Source: an uncultured Phycisphaerales bacterium
GTDB lineage: Bacteria > Planctomycetota > Phycisphaerae > Tepidisphaerales > Tepidisphaeraceae
NCBI GenBank assembly: GCA_963755915.1
Contig: CAVWLP010000002.1
Span: forward strand, 2,240,001-2,304,000
Direction of reading: 5' to 3'
DNA: 64,000 nt
Positions within the stretch are counted from its first letter, which is position 1. Each line of letters begins with the position of its first letter. The notes below the pieces were generated by a model. It saw nothing but the letters and a program-made list of their open reading frames with translations, had not been told where the DNA came from and did not search any database. Shown in pieces: positions 52,691 to 62,382 of this stretch. A program made the translations under genes and the position numbers.

Positions 52691-53380
52691 ATGGCGAAGA
52701 AAGGTAAGAAGATCGAGGAACGGCGCGAGCGGGTGGAGAAGATTCTGCCGATCCTGAAGTCCACGTATCCGAATGCGAAGTGCAGTTTGAATTATCACAC
52801 GCCGCTGCAATTGCTGGTGGCGACGATTCTTTCAGCACAGTGCACGGACGAGCGGGTGAATATCGTTACCAAGACGCTATTTAAGAAATATAAGACGGCG
52901 AAGGATTATACGGAGGCGCCCGAGGGGGAACTGGAGAAGGAGATTCAATCGACCGGGTTTTTCAGGGCCAAGGCGAAGAGTTTGCGCGGGATGGCCAGGA
53001 GGCTGATTGAGGAGCATGGGGGGAAGGTTCCGCAGACGATGGAGGAGCTGACGGCGCTGCCGGGGGTGGGGAGGAAGACGGCGAACGTCGTGCTGGGGAA
53101 TGCGTTTGGGCAGAACGTGGGGGTCGTGGTTGATACGCATGTGGCGCGGCTGAGTGAGCGGCTGGGACTGACTGACGAAACTTCACCGGAGAAGATCGAG
53201 CGGGATTTGATGGAGCTGGTGCCGCAGGAGGATTGGACGCTCTGGTCGCATCTGCTGATTCATCATGGGAGATCGATCTGTATGGCGAGGAAGCCGATGT
53301 GTGAGAGGTGTCCGATTCTGAGGTATTGTCCGACGGGGCCGGGAGTAATTGCGGAACGTGAGAAGAGTCTGAAAGTTTAG
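52691..53380 (+). CDS. nth: Endonuclease III
   Basis: LSAQCTD, HhH LPGVGRKTANVV, VDTHV, CMARKPMCERCPILRYC. Confidence 0.96.
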   Translation: MAKKGKKIEERRERVEKILPILKSTYPNAKCSLNYHTPLQLLVATILSAQCTDERVNIVTKTLFKKYKTAKDYTEAPEGELEKEIQSTGFFRAKAKSLRGMARRLIEEHGGKVPQTMEELTALPGVGRKTANVVLGNAFGQNVGVVVDTHVARLSERLGLTDETSPEKIERDLMELVPQEDWTLWSHLLIHHGRSICMARKPMCERCPILRYCPTGPGVIAEREKSLKV

Positions 53381-53850
53381 CGGGGGACGAATTTTTCTTT
53401 TGCGATTTTGAAGAGGTGGGTGAGAGGGTCGGGGAGCCAGGTGCGGGTGAGGGTCCAGTCGATGCCATCGCGAAGTTCGGTGTCGCTTAGCTGGCTGATG
53501 GCCTGCTTGCAGCGCAGACGGGCGGCGATGAGGGTTGCGTAATAGATGACCGTGGCCACGTCGGTGGGGAGGCCGATGTCGGGGTCTTTTCTCGCGGCTT
53601 TGGCAAATTCCTTGACGGTTCGCAAGTGATCGAGTGAGGGCTTGCGGGAGGCGAGGAGCTGGCCGAAGGTTTGGCGATGGGCGGGCTGACCGGTCTGGGC
53701 AGAGATGGGGGTTTCCAGGAGATGGCGCAGGATGGCGGCGAGGTCGGCCTCGGACCAGAGAGATTGCTGCGCGTCGAGGCCCATCAGGGCCGAGAGTCGC
53801 GAGGGATGGGTTTGAGTGAGGTCGCGGGTGGTGTGGTGCTTGTTATCCAT
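53377..53850 (-). CDS. Hypothetical protein downstream of the ECF sigma factor
   Basis: 157-aa helical ORF in the same orientation as the sigma gene. Confidence 0.65.
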   Translation of the reverse strand: MDNKHHTTRDLTQTHPSRLSALMGLDAQQSLWSEADLAAILRHLLETPISAQTGQPAHRQTFGQLLASRKPSLDHLRTVKEFAKAARKDPDIGLPTDVATVIYYATLIAARLRCKQAISQLSDTELRDGIDWTLTRTWLPDPLTHLFKIAKEKFVPR

Positions 53851-53861
53851 AGGTTGATAGA

Positions 53862-54595
53862 TCAGGCGCTGGCGCAGGCGAGAATGTGGCGCAAGTCGGC
53901 GATTTCGGTTTCGATTTCGTCCTCATCGGCATATTCGGAGATAATGACACGAAGCGTGCGCTCGAAGAGCGCTTCGCGCTCACGAGCAGGTTGGAGGCCT
54001 GCATGGGGGACTGAAGCTTGTGCCGGATGATGAGCTGTTCGTATTCGATGGGAGGCGCGCCTTCGAGAGCGGGGGCGACGATACGTGCTTCGAAGATGTC
54101 CCACATATCGAGGCGGCCGTTCTGGCGGCACTCTGCCTGCATGCGGCGGAGGGATTCCTGAAGGACCTGGCGTGCCCAGGGGACATCGAAAGAATCGCCG
54201 GGGGCGGGATCGTTGTTGCAGATTTCGCTGTCCTCGGCGAGGGAGACGATCTGCCGGCGGCCGGTCCATTGATTTCGGGCGAAATTGTCGAGGGAAGTTA
54301 ACAGAAGCGTGCGGAATCGGCCGCGCTCGCGGTTGGCGCGGGCGGGCAGATTGTATTGAAGGATTTTCTTGACGATGAATTCCTGGAGGAGATCCTCGGC
54401 GAGCGCCGGCTGCATGCGATGGCGGCGCGTGAGGTGGAGAACTAATACGGGGCGATAGGAATGGAGCAATTGCTCGAGGGCCTGTTCGTGGGACGGATGG
54501 GCGGGATCGCCGGCCTCGGCGACAAGGGTCCAGCGCGTGGGCTGAAATTCATAAGCCTGAGGTTGGGAGGAAATGTTTTCCATGATAGTGTTCAC
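53862..54595 (-). CDS. ECF sigma-70 factor of the PVC-type FxxTRWTLV group, frameshift near the C-terminus
   Basis: FQPTRWTLV, AEDLLQEF, RGRFRTLL, FDVPWA. Confidence 0.82.
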
Positions 54596-54690
54596 TTACA
54601 TCGCCCAGACCCGCGGATTGGATGGAGGTTAGTTTACAGTATGATTTGCAGAGGTGAAATTGAAAATGTAACCGTTGAAGGGCACGAAGG

Positions 54691-55380
54691 ATGCGGATAG
54701 CCGAGATTTTTTATTCGATTCAGGGGGAGGGGAAGCTGATGGGGGTGCCCTCGGTGTTTGTGCGCGTCAGCGGGTGCAATTTGCGGTGCGTGTGGTGCGA
54801 TACGCCTTATGCGAGCTGGGAGCCGGAGGGGGTGGAGGAATCAGTAGAGGCGATTGTGAAGCGGGTGGAGGGGTTTGGGGGGAGGCATGTGGTGATTACC
54901 GGAGGGGAGCCGGCGATTATGGCGGAGTTGCCGGCGCTCTGCGGGGAACTGAAGGGGCGGGGGCAGCACATCACGATCGAGACTGCGGCGACGGTTTTTA
55001 CATCGGCGGCGGTGGATTTGATCAGCATGTCGCCGAAATTGTCGAACTCAACACCCTGGCAGCGTGAAAATGGGAGGTTTGCGGCGGCGCATGAGAGGAA
55101 TCGGCTTAATGTCGAGGTGATTCAGGCGTTTATTGATACCGGGAGTGAGTTTCAGTTGAAGTTTGTGGTTTGTGAGCCGGGGGATATGGTGGAAATTCGG
55201 GAGTTGCTGGGGCGGATTCGGGGGTGGAAGGCGGACGATGTGTTACTGATGCCGGAGGGGGTGGAGCGGGAGGTTCTGGAATCGCGGGCGGGGTGGATTG
55301 GGGAGGTGTGTAAGAAGGAAGGGTTTCGGTTTTGCCCGAGGTTGCATGTGATGTTGTATGGGAATCGGAGGGGGACGTGA
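54691..55380 (+). CDS. queE: 7-carboxy-7-deazaguanine synthase (radical SAM)
   Basis: EIFYSIQGEG, GCNLRCVWCDT, TGGEP, SPKL, PRLHV. Confidence 0.92.
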   Translation: MRIAEIFYSIQGEGKLMGVPSVFVRVSGCNLRCVWCDTPYASWEPEGVEESVEAIVKRVEGFGGRHVVITGGEPAIMAELPALCGELKGRGQHITIETAATVFTSAAVDLISMSPKLSNSTPWQRENGRFAAAHERNRLNVEVIQAFIDTGSEFQLKFVVCEPGDMVEIRELLGRIRGWKADDVLLMPEGVEREVLESRAGWIGEVCKKEGFRFCPRLHVMLYGNRRGT

Positions 55381-55458
55381 AAACGGGAACGGGCCGGCTC
55401 ATGCCTGGAACGAGGGTGCGGTGACGTTCGAGAGGGCGGTTGACGGAAGAAGGGGGCG

Positions 55459-55890
55459 TTATTCTTCTTCGTGGAGCTGCGAGATCGGTTGGCGGCCTGC
55501 GAATCCGGTTTGGATTTCGTGCCAGAATTCGATGGCGTCTTCGCCTAGCTTCCAGCAGAGGCAGACGTCGTGACCGCGGTGACGGCCAAGGAAATCGACC
55601 AGGCCCATCTGGTAATCTTTCAAATCGCAGCCAATATCACGCAATTCTTCGACGTAATTCTGCAAATGCTCGACGGCGAGGTCGATTTTGGTCTGGATGG
55701 CCGGCTGATCCTTGTGCTTGGCGGCTTCGAGATCGGCCTGCATATTGGTGATCTGGTCGTGCGTCTTGACGATGTCGGTGACGACGCGGCGGACCAGAGG
55801 GAGCGAGCGGTTGGCCTCGGCGAGCTTAAATCGCTTGGCGGTGCGGGAAGGGGAAACGGATTTTGGGGTGGTGAAACGCGGACCAGCCAT
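55459..55890 (-). CDS. DUF2203-family protein
   Basis: FKLAEANRSLPLV, GCDLKD..GLVDF, LCWKLGE..IEFWH...GFAGRQP. Confidence 0.88.
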   Translation of the reverse strand: MAGPRFTTPKSVSPSRTAKRFKLAEANRSLPLVRRVVTDIVKTHDQITNMQADLEAAKHKDQPAIQTKIDLAVEHLQNYVEELRDIGCDLKDYQMGLVDFLGRHRGHDVCLCWKLGEDAIEFWHEIQTGFAGRQPISQLHEEE

Positions 55891-56269
55891 CGAAAACGAC
55901 CGCCTTTCTGTCGGGCGACGGAGCCTTCTGCGGAGGGTGCTCAAGAGTCGCCGTTATCGCGTTGGTGGTTCGCGGGAAACTCGCGAAGCCCGTGAAGCGT
56001 CGCCCAGGTTCGAAGGCGTGCGCTTCACCGCGATTATGATCGCTCCCCGGCCAGTGTCAACCTGCCAAAGCATCGGCATTTCGGAATGATTGGAATCAGT
56101 TGAGTAAATGGGGAAACTCTGAGGGGCCGTGCGGTAAAAGGTTGGGTTTGGTTGGTCGAACTGAGGCGGGATTGTTTGGACGGAAGGATGATCGACCAGT
56201 GGATTCGGGTCAGCGCCGGGTCCGATAGCCCCGGGCAGGCGGTGAGGGGACTTTTCCGGGCCGATTGAA

Positions 56270-56345
56270 ATATTTTTTAAGAAAAATTCTCAGATTTTTC
56301 AAAAATAGGTACAAAACGTACACCTTTTGGACCTGTATATAGATG
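56270..56345 (+). promoter_or_regulatory. AT-rich promoter/operator region for the phage-like operon
   Basis: GAAAAAT-N6-ATTTTTC palindrome at 56281-56300 and GGTACAAAA-CGTACAC-CTTTTGGACC at 56308-56333. Confidence 0.5.
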
Positions 56346-56395
56346 CACAGTATTAAACGCACGCAAGTGCGGCTGAAGTGATATCCACTCGCATC

Positions 56396-56456
56396 CGGCG
56401 GTGGGGCGGGAAGTCGCGGGCAGCCTCCTTCCCGCGATGCTCCGCCGCCGTTTTTT
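56396..56456 (+). terminator. Intrinsic terminator within the leader of the phage-like operon
   Basis: CGGCGG..TCGCGGG / CCCGCGA..CCGCCG long stem followed by TTTTTT, 30 bp before ATG 56486. Confidence 0.65.
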
Positions 56457-56485
56457 GGGGTTTCAAATATTGAGAGGATTGGATT

Positions 56486-56863
56486 ATGTGCGCTCGATTT
56501 TTGAGGCTGGGCAGTGTTGCCGCCGCATTCGCGGTTGTGTCCCTGGTCGCGGCTTGCGCGGCGATGCAGGTTCCGAATAATCCGACGACCCAGGCGTTTG
56601 GGGAAGCAAGCGCGGTGACGGGGGCGATGGCTTCGACGGTGGCCCTGGCGGCTCCGGTTCCCTGGGGGCAGGTTGTGGCCAGTGCGCTGGGGGCGATCAG
56701 CGTGATCGCGGGGATCATTGCCCACAGCACGGTCTCGAAGAATAGCGCTCAGGAAGTGACCAGCGCCGTGGCGACGGGGATTCAGGCGGCGTCGCAGACG
56801 CTGGGAATTGGCGCGGGGCCCGCGGCGCCGTCGAACGCGGCAAACGCTCTGGCGGTGAAATAG
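56486..56863 (+). CDS. Hypothetical lipoprotein / membrane protein, possibly lysis-related
   Basis: Lipobox-like VAAC and a hydrophobic segment PVPWGQVVASALGAISVIAGII. Confidence 0.65.
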   Translation: MCARFLRLGSVAAAFAVVSLVAACAAMQVPNNPTTQAFGEASAVTGAMASTVALAAPVPWGQVVASALGAISVIAGIIAHSTVSKNSAQEVTSAVATGIQAASQTLGIGAGPAAPSNAANALAVK

Positions 56864-56903
56864 AACGTGCATGCTTTTGGGAAATAGCCGGAGAAAATAA
56901 TCC

Positions 56904-57169
56904 ATGCCGCCGCCCACCTTTCGATCTGGACACGGAATGGCTACGCCGATGGTTCGTGGGACGAATATCGGTTGCACGTCATTCAAAGCCTCAAGCGGAT
57001 TGACGACGGGCTGGAAAAACTGTGGCAGGCGATCTCGGATGTTAAGCGGGATGTGACGGCACTTAAGATCAAGGTGGCCGTATGGATCGCGGCGTTTGGA
57101 TTTGCGGGGGCGTCGATTCCCATTATTGTGGATGCGCTACTGCGATGGAAAGAAATCACGGCACAATAA
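56904..57169 (+). CDS. Small coiled-coil + TM protein (holin-like), 1-bp frameshift near 56936
   Basis: MPPPTFRSGHG joins NGYADGSWDEYRLHVIQSLKRID...VAVWIAAFGFAGASIPIIV. Confidence 0.6.
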
Positions 57170-57188
57170 TCAGGCGATGGGGAAAACT

Positions 57189-59165
57189 ATGAGGCATAGA
57201 CATCGGGGATTGAAAATTACGTTTGCCGCGCTCGTCGCGGTTGGTTTGCTGGCGACTGCGATTGCGCAGGTTTATCAGATTCAGACGAACGTAATGGATT
57301 CGAGTGGCCGGGTTATCGCGACGGCGACGACGCAGTTGAGCCTGGGGGCGCCGGCGACGAATCCGAGCGCGACCACGCAGGCGACGGGCGATGCCCAGCC
57401 GGCTGGAGCGACGGTCGCAGCGACGGCCGCTGGGCCGGGTTATCCGGCGATGGCTGGGAAGGTCTATCCTTCGGATGCATGGCTGAAGACGTTTTCATAT
57501 TTCAATGCGACGGCGGCGGATCCGGCCGGGTGGATCGACCTGGCGCCGCTGATTCCAGCCAATGCGTCCATCGTTTGCGCGAGGAGCAGCCCGCTTTATC
57601 AGGCAGGCTATTACACGGACGGCGCCAGCGCCTGGCAGGCGGCGATTGCCAATGGATCGAAAACCGTGCTGTTCCTCTACGGCGGGGGCGATACGTCCGT
57701 GACGATTAAGGATTCGCTGCATCCTAATGGCGTGACGCTGAACGCTTTTTCGCCGGCGATGGTGGACTTCAGCGTGCAGAGCACGACGGGAACCGCGGCG
57801 CGGCCGATTATCATCAGCAGCATCGATACCAGTGGAGTGTGGGATCAGTACAACGAATCGGAACGGCCGATCCTGGAAAACAATATTCCAATCGCCGGCA
57901 ACGCGACGCCGGGAGGGCCGGCGTGGGATTCGCCGATTCAGTATGTGATCTATGACCGGCTGCGGTTCTACAATCCCACGCGCGATCCCAGCAGCTCGCA
58001 ATTCAGCGGCAACTCGACAGCGCTCGGGGCGGGCAACACGGCGATTGGGATCGCGATAACTTCGTCCTGGGCGGAGGGAGTCAGCGGGTATTTCCTATTC
58101 GAAGACGTGAGGTCGAGCTTCTTCCATTCGATGTTCGATCTGGAGAATGACCAGCAGGGATCGCAGCTTAACACGATCATCATTCGGCGGTGTGTTTGCG
58201 ACAATAACTATGCGGGGCAAGTCGATTACGGCTCCTTTGATTCGGACATTCAGGACTTGCTCGTCGCCGATTCGACGTTCGATCTGAATGGGTGGAATCC
58301 GACGGTCACGGGAAAGACGGATGCCCAGGGGCGGGAGCATGATTGGTATGACGCGATCTGGCCGTCGTGGGACAGTCGCGATCCGCTGCACCGGTTCGTG
58401 AACGATATTTTCGCGCGACCGATGGCGGATGGGATCGAAGGCAATGCGCCCGACACGCTGATCGATCACCCGGTATTTGTCGCGTGCCCCATAGCCGGGT
58501 ACTGCGGTGCGGGAGGCGTGGGGGTGATTCAGAATTATCTGGTTGATGGCGGCAGCGGGGCGTTTGATGTGCTGGGGCCTGGCAGCGGTCTGTCGCTGAC
58601 CTGGCCGACGGTCAACGGGAATGGGCGTGGGTGGGGCGTCTATCTGGATTGTGCGATGACGGGGTCGCTGATCAATGGGATCACGCTTGGCAAGGCAGAC
58701 GCGAATGATGCGGCCATCAATCCGGGACAGGCAACCGGCGTGCATTGCGAAGATGCGCAGAAGGGATTGCCGAGCGAGGCCACGGCGGCAACTTTGACGA
58801 ATGTGCGCGTACATGATTGGTATGAGTGGAATGGCGGCGCGTCAAATCCTTCGGCAGCGAATGTCGTGAACCTGAGCAATGCGGGGCCTCCGCAGCCGAC
58901 GATTACGTATGGCAATTGCGTGTTGCCGGGCGTGAACGGGGTTACCGGCGTCAGCGCGGTCGAGCCGAATTACGTCGACGACACGCGCTGCGTGGCGACG
59001 TATGCAGCCGGGCTCGGTATCGGTGGTGTTGTAGATGCGCCGAGTTTTCTGACGGCGGCGGACGATAACTGGTCGGCCCCCAATGAGACGGCGTCTGGCT
59101 ACAACGTGAACCTGGCGGCGACGGCGGTGTTCAATTGGGTGAACGCGGGATTTCAAACGAGATGA
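57189..59165 (+). CDS. Exported right-handed beta-helix (pectin-lyase-like) protein
   Basis: Sec signal ending TAIA-Q; parallel beta-helix-like stretches (LFEDVRS, IIIRRCVC, LLVADSTFDLNGW). Confidence 0.7.
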   Translation: MRHRHRGLKITFAALVAVGLLATAIAQVYQIQTNVMDSSGRVIATATTQLSLGAPATNPSATTQATGDAQPAGATVAATAAGPGYPAMAGKVYPSDAWLKTFSYFNATAADPAGWIDLAPLIPANASIVCARSSPLYQAGYYTDGASAWQAAIANGSKTVLFLYGGGDTSVTIKDSLHPNGVTLNAFSPAMVDFSVQSTTGTAARPIIISSIDTSGVWDQYNESERPILENNIPIAGNATPGGPAWDSPIQYVIYDRLRFYNPTRDPSSSQFSGNSTALGAGNTAIGIAITSSWAEGVSGYFLFEDVRSSFFHSMFDLENDQQGSQLNTIIIRRCVCDNNYAGQVDYGSFDSDIQDLLVADSTFDLNGWNPTVTGKTDAQGREHDWYDAIWPSWDSRDPLHRFVNDIFARPMADGIEGNAPDTLIDHPVFVACPIAGYCGAGGVGVIQNYLVDGGSGAFDVLGPGSGLSLTWPTVNGNGRGWGVYLDCAMTGSLINGITLGKADANDAAINPGQATGVHCEDAQKGLPSEATAATLTNVRVHDWYEWNGGASNPSAANVVNLSNAGPPQPTITYGNCVLPGVNGVTGVSAVEPNYVDDTRCVATYAAGLGIGGVVDAPSFLTAADDNWSAPNETASGYNVNLAATAVFNWVNAGFQTR

Positions 59166-59171
59166 ATATCC

Positions 59172-60878
59172 ATGCAGGGACGATATATCGGACAATTTCT
59201 CCCGGCCTCGGGTGGGACGATGACGGGAACGCTCTCCATGGGCGGCAATGCCTTCAACGGCGTCACCACGATCGCCGACACGGGCGGCAATCAGCAGATC
59301 ACCCTCGATCCAGTTAACGGATCCGTGAATTTTCTGCTCGGGGATGGCTTGTGCACCGACTCATCCGAGGAGGGCGGGCTCTATGCGAAGACGGCTGGCG
59401 ATCCCATTTTGTACGGAAACTCGATCCAGCTCGATGCGACGAGTACGAGCATCCAGCTCAGCGCTGGCGGCACGATGTCGCTCACGGGGAAGACACTGAC
59501 TGCAACGGCGACGGTCGGCAACCTTCAATTAAGCGCGTCGTCAACGCTCAGCCTGTCGTGCGGCGGGGGATCGCTGGTCCTTTCAACGACGAACGCACTG
59601 TCTGGGGCGACCACGTTCAACAACAAGCTGGTGCACTCCACCTGGACGGCAACGCAGCTCATTTGCGTCGATGGGACAAATGGCGATGACACCAACGGCG
59701 ACGGGACGGCGCAGAATCCGTTGAAGACGCTCACGCAGGCGGTGAGCGTCGCCACCTCGGGCATGTGCATCTTCCTGGGGCCGGGGACCTACGCGGGCGG
59801 GGAAACGATTGCCTCGGGAGTGAGTCTAGTCGGATCGGGGCGCGGTGTTACCACGGTATATAAGAACTCGGCGGCGGTGCTTGCGCTCTCCAACTCGGCA
59901 TACCTGGCGAACCTGACGGTCTCCGGCGCGACACAGTCGGACAGCACGTTTGGTGTTCCGATATCGGTTGCCGGTGGGACGACCGGGTCGCTTTCGTGGG
60001 TGTTGGATAATGTCTCGCTGTACTGCCCCGCGGACGGCGTTCTGCTGAACGGCACCGGGGTTACGGGAGGCGCACTTACATTCTTCAACTGCCAGTTTTT
60101 CACCGGGTGCTGGTCGATTTTGGATTCGATCGGGCTTTCGATCGACGCGTACGATTGCGGCTGGACGTATTTTAATTTCACCAATCGCACGACGCCGCAG
60201 ATCGCGGCCGTCGTTTGCAACGCGAACAACTCGATCTTTCGGGCGTTCGGCGGAAATGTGACGGTGAATTATTCCGGAACCGCAACAAATTTCACCGCCA
60301 ACGCGGTGGTCATGGGGCCGGGATCAACGAATAGCAATGCGCAGTTTTATGGAACCAGCATTTACTTTAATTGTCCGAACATTCCCTCCACCGCGCTGTG
60401 CACGCCATTCAACCAGGATGGGACGGGGACATCGACGGTGATCGTGGGAAGGGGGTCGGCGTTCAACGGGACGTATCAAAACTCGACAACCAACGGGCTG
60501 TTGAGCGGTTACTTCCCGGCGATTGTGGTGCCGGATTCAAATTACGCACTTGGCGTTTCATCGATCGCGGTGACGCCGCCCTATTTCATGGATGATGTGC
60601 AGAATGAAGTCGCGGTCGATGCGGGAACGCTTGCGTCCAATACCCTGACGATCAATGCGCCTTCGCCCGGCGTGGCGAGCGACCGCGGCAAGGTGTCATT
60701 TCGCGTCAAGAATACCAACAGCGGATCGACGGCGATGACGCTGTCGCTCAATGCCGTCTATAACGTGGGCTCGACGACGGTGGGCACCATCGCGGCGGGA
60801 AAGCGGGCGTATCTGTCGTTTGTTTACGACACGGACAATTCGAAGTGGGACCTGACGGGCTACAGCAACGGATTATGA
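59172..60878 (+). CDS. Tail fibre/tailspike-like beta-helix protein
   Basis: LPASGGTMTGTLSMGG fibre-like N-terminus; DUF1565-like VDGTNGDD..GDGTAQNPLKTLTQAV..FLGPGTY; T/G/S/N-rich. Confidence 0.7.
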   Translation: MQGRYIGQFLPASGGTMTGTLSMGGNAFNGVTTIADTGGNQQITLDPVNGSVNFLLGDGLCTDSSEEGGLYAKTAGDPILYGNSIQLDATSTSIQLSAGGTMSLTGKTLTATATVGNLQLSASSTLSLSCGGGSLVLSTTNALSGATTFNNKLVHSTWTATQLICVDGTNGDDTNGDGTAQNPLKTLTQAVSVATSGMCIFLGPGTYAGGETIASGVSLVGSGRGVTTVYKNSAAVLALSNSAYLANLTVSGATQSDSTFGVPISVAGGTTGSLSWVLDNVSLYCPADGVLLNGTGVTGGALTFFNCQFFTGCWSILDSIGLSIDAYDCGWTYFNFTNRTTPQIAAVVCNANNSIFRAFGGNVTVNYSGTATNFTANAVVMGPGSTNSNAQFYGTSIYFNCPNIPSTALCTPFNQDGTGTSTVIVGRGSAFNGTYQNSTTNGLLSGYFPAIVVPDSNYALGVSSIAVTPPYFMDDVQNEVAVDAGTLASNTLTINAPSPGVASDRGKVSFRVKNTNSGSTAMTLSLNAVYNVGSTTVGTIAAGKRAYLSFVYDTDNSKWDLTGYSNGL

Positions 60879-60881
60879 GCC

Positions 60882-61879
60882 ATGGCCAACGAAATCCAAC
60901 AGCAATACATTACGGGCAAGACCGTCTACGCAACGGTGACGCGGGCCGATGGCGAAGTCTGGCGGACCGACACCAGCGTGTTCGAAGCGCGAACTTCGTC
61001 GGACTGGGCCCACTACGCGATCACGACGAGCGAGGCGGGTGCGACCGGGTATTACGTCGGCAGCTTTCCGACCGGGATCACGGCGGCCGGAAGTTACAAC
61101 GTGCAGTTCTGGCGCAAGCGGGAAGCAGCCCGAGCGTGACGGATTTGAATAATGGGATGTTGGGAGGCGTGATTTACTGGACGGGGAGTGCCGAGGCGTT
61201 TGCGCTGGCGTCTTCGGCGGCGAATGCGGCCAACGCGGCGATGAACGGGCAGAATCTTGCCGCGAACATCGTGCAGGTTGCCGGGCAGAGCGCCAGCGCG
61301 GCGGGGGCGGTGACGTTTCCCGCGTCGATCGGCACGAGCACCTTCGCGGCGGGGGGGAACGTGAATGTGACACAGATCGCCGGGCAGACGGCAAGCGCGT
61401 CAAGTCCGGTGACATTTCCGGGCTCAATCGGCACGAGCACGCTGACGCAAACGCAGGTGACGGGGGGATCGTATGCATTGAGCACGAATTCGTCGGGGCA
61501 GGTAAATATCGTGCCGAACCAGGCGGTGAATGTGGCCCAGTGGAACGGCTCGGCGGTTTCGCTGAGCGGGGGATTGCCGAATGTCAGCGGCGGTGGCGGC
61601 GGAATCGATTCCGGGCCGATTCCGATCAACCAGGATACGGGCGGGACGGATAATCTCCGGTACGTGGACGAATCGGGAAACGGCGTGGGGGATGCGAATA
61701 TTTTGGTCTACCTGGCGACGGATTGGCCGGCCAATCCCAGCGCAGTCCAGGCGACGGCGATGACCGGGCCGGACGGAAGATGGCTGGCGCCGGCGTTTGT
61801 GCAGAGCGGGACGTATGTGGCGGTCTTCACGAAACTGGGGGTGGATGGGCCGGATGTTTCGGCGGCGTTTACGGTGTGA
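60882..61879 (+). CDS. Putative virion structural protein with internal repeats, frameshift near 61112
   Basis: ORF 60882 joins the frame of 60845..61879; two repeats with a 33-aa period; C-terminal Ig/carboxypeptidase-regulatory-like TGPDGRW. Confidence 0.65.
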
Positions 61880-61925
61880 ATCGCGACATTCGTCGTGATA
61901 CGCGGAGTTTTTTCGAGGAACCAAT

Positions 61926-62372
61926 ATGCCAGTGACGGCAACGCCAATTAATGACGGCTCGGCCGCGGGGCAGTATGCCGCGCAGAGCGATGTCGAGTCG
62001 CAGTTCGGGATCGACAACGTGCGGGTGTGGTCGCAGCTCGACAACACGGTTTGCACGGCAGACGTGGCGCGAATTCAGCAGGCGCTGAATTACGCGGATG
62101 GGATGATCATCTCGACGTTCGCGAATTTCGGGAATTACGTGACTCCGCTGGCGCCGGTTGGAACGGACGCGGTGCTGGTGACGCGATGGGCGGCGGTGAT
62201 CGCGGGGGCGTGGCTTTATCAGTCGCGCGGGTTTCGGGATGAGGATGTTGAGGGGGATCACCTGGCGAAGCTGCTGAAGGAAGTGGAGGGGGAGATGCTG
62301 CGGTACCGGGCGGGCGAGAAGCTGAACGCGGCGCGAAGATGGCCGGCAGCGACGGCGCCGGTGGGATATTGA
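61926..62372 (+). CDS. Mu gp36-like (DUF1320) head-tail adaptor
   Basis: YAAQSDVESQFG, RIQQALNYADGMI, YVTPL, IAGAWLY pattern; 148 aa. Confidence 0.75.
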   Translation: MPVTATPINDGSAAGQYAAQSDVESQFGIDNVRVWSQLDNTVCTADVARIQQALNYADGMIISTFANFGNYVTPLAPVGTDAVLVTRWAAVIAGAWLYQSRGFRDEDVEGDHLAKLLKEVEGEMLRYRAGEKLNAARRWPAATAPVGY

Positions 62373-62382
62373 GGGGGGTCGT

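Noticed and set aside
54691-55380. queE as part of a phage 7-deazaguanine DNA modification system
   Set aside because: It sits among host genes outside the phage-like operon, with no dpdA, queC, queD or folE nearby; ordinary queuosine synthesis is more likely.
56050-56270. tRNA or attL site at the left edge of the phage-like cluster
   Set aside because: No cloverleaf or T-loop consensus, and no repeat partner visible in the window.
57189-61879. Diversity-generating retroelement acting on the fibre genes
   Set aside because: No reverse transcriptase and no template/variable repeat pair with adenine-specific differences in the window.
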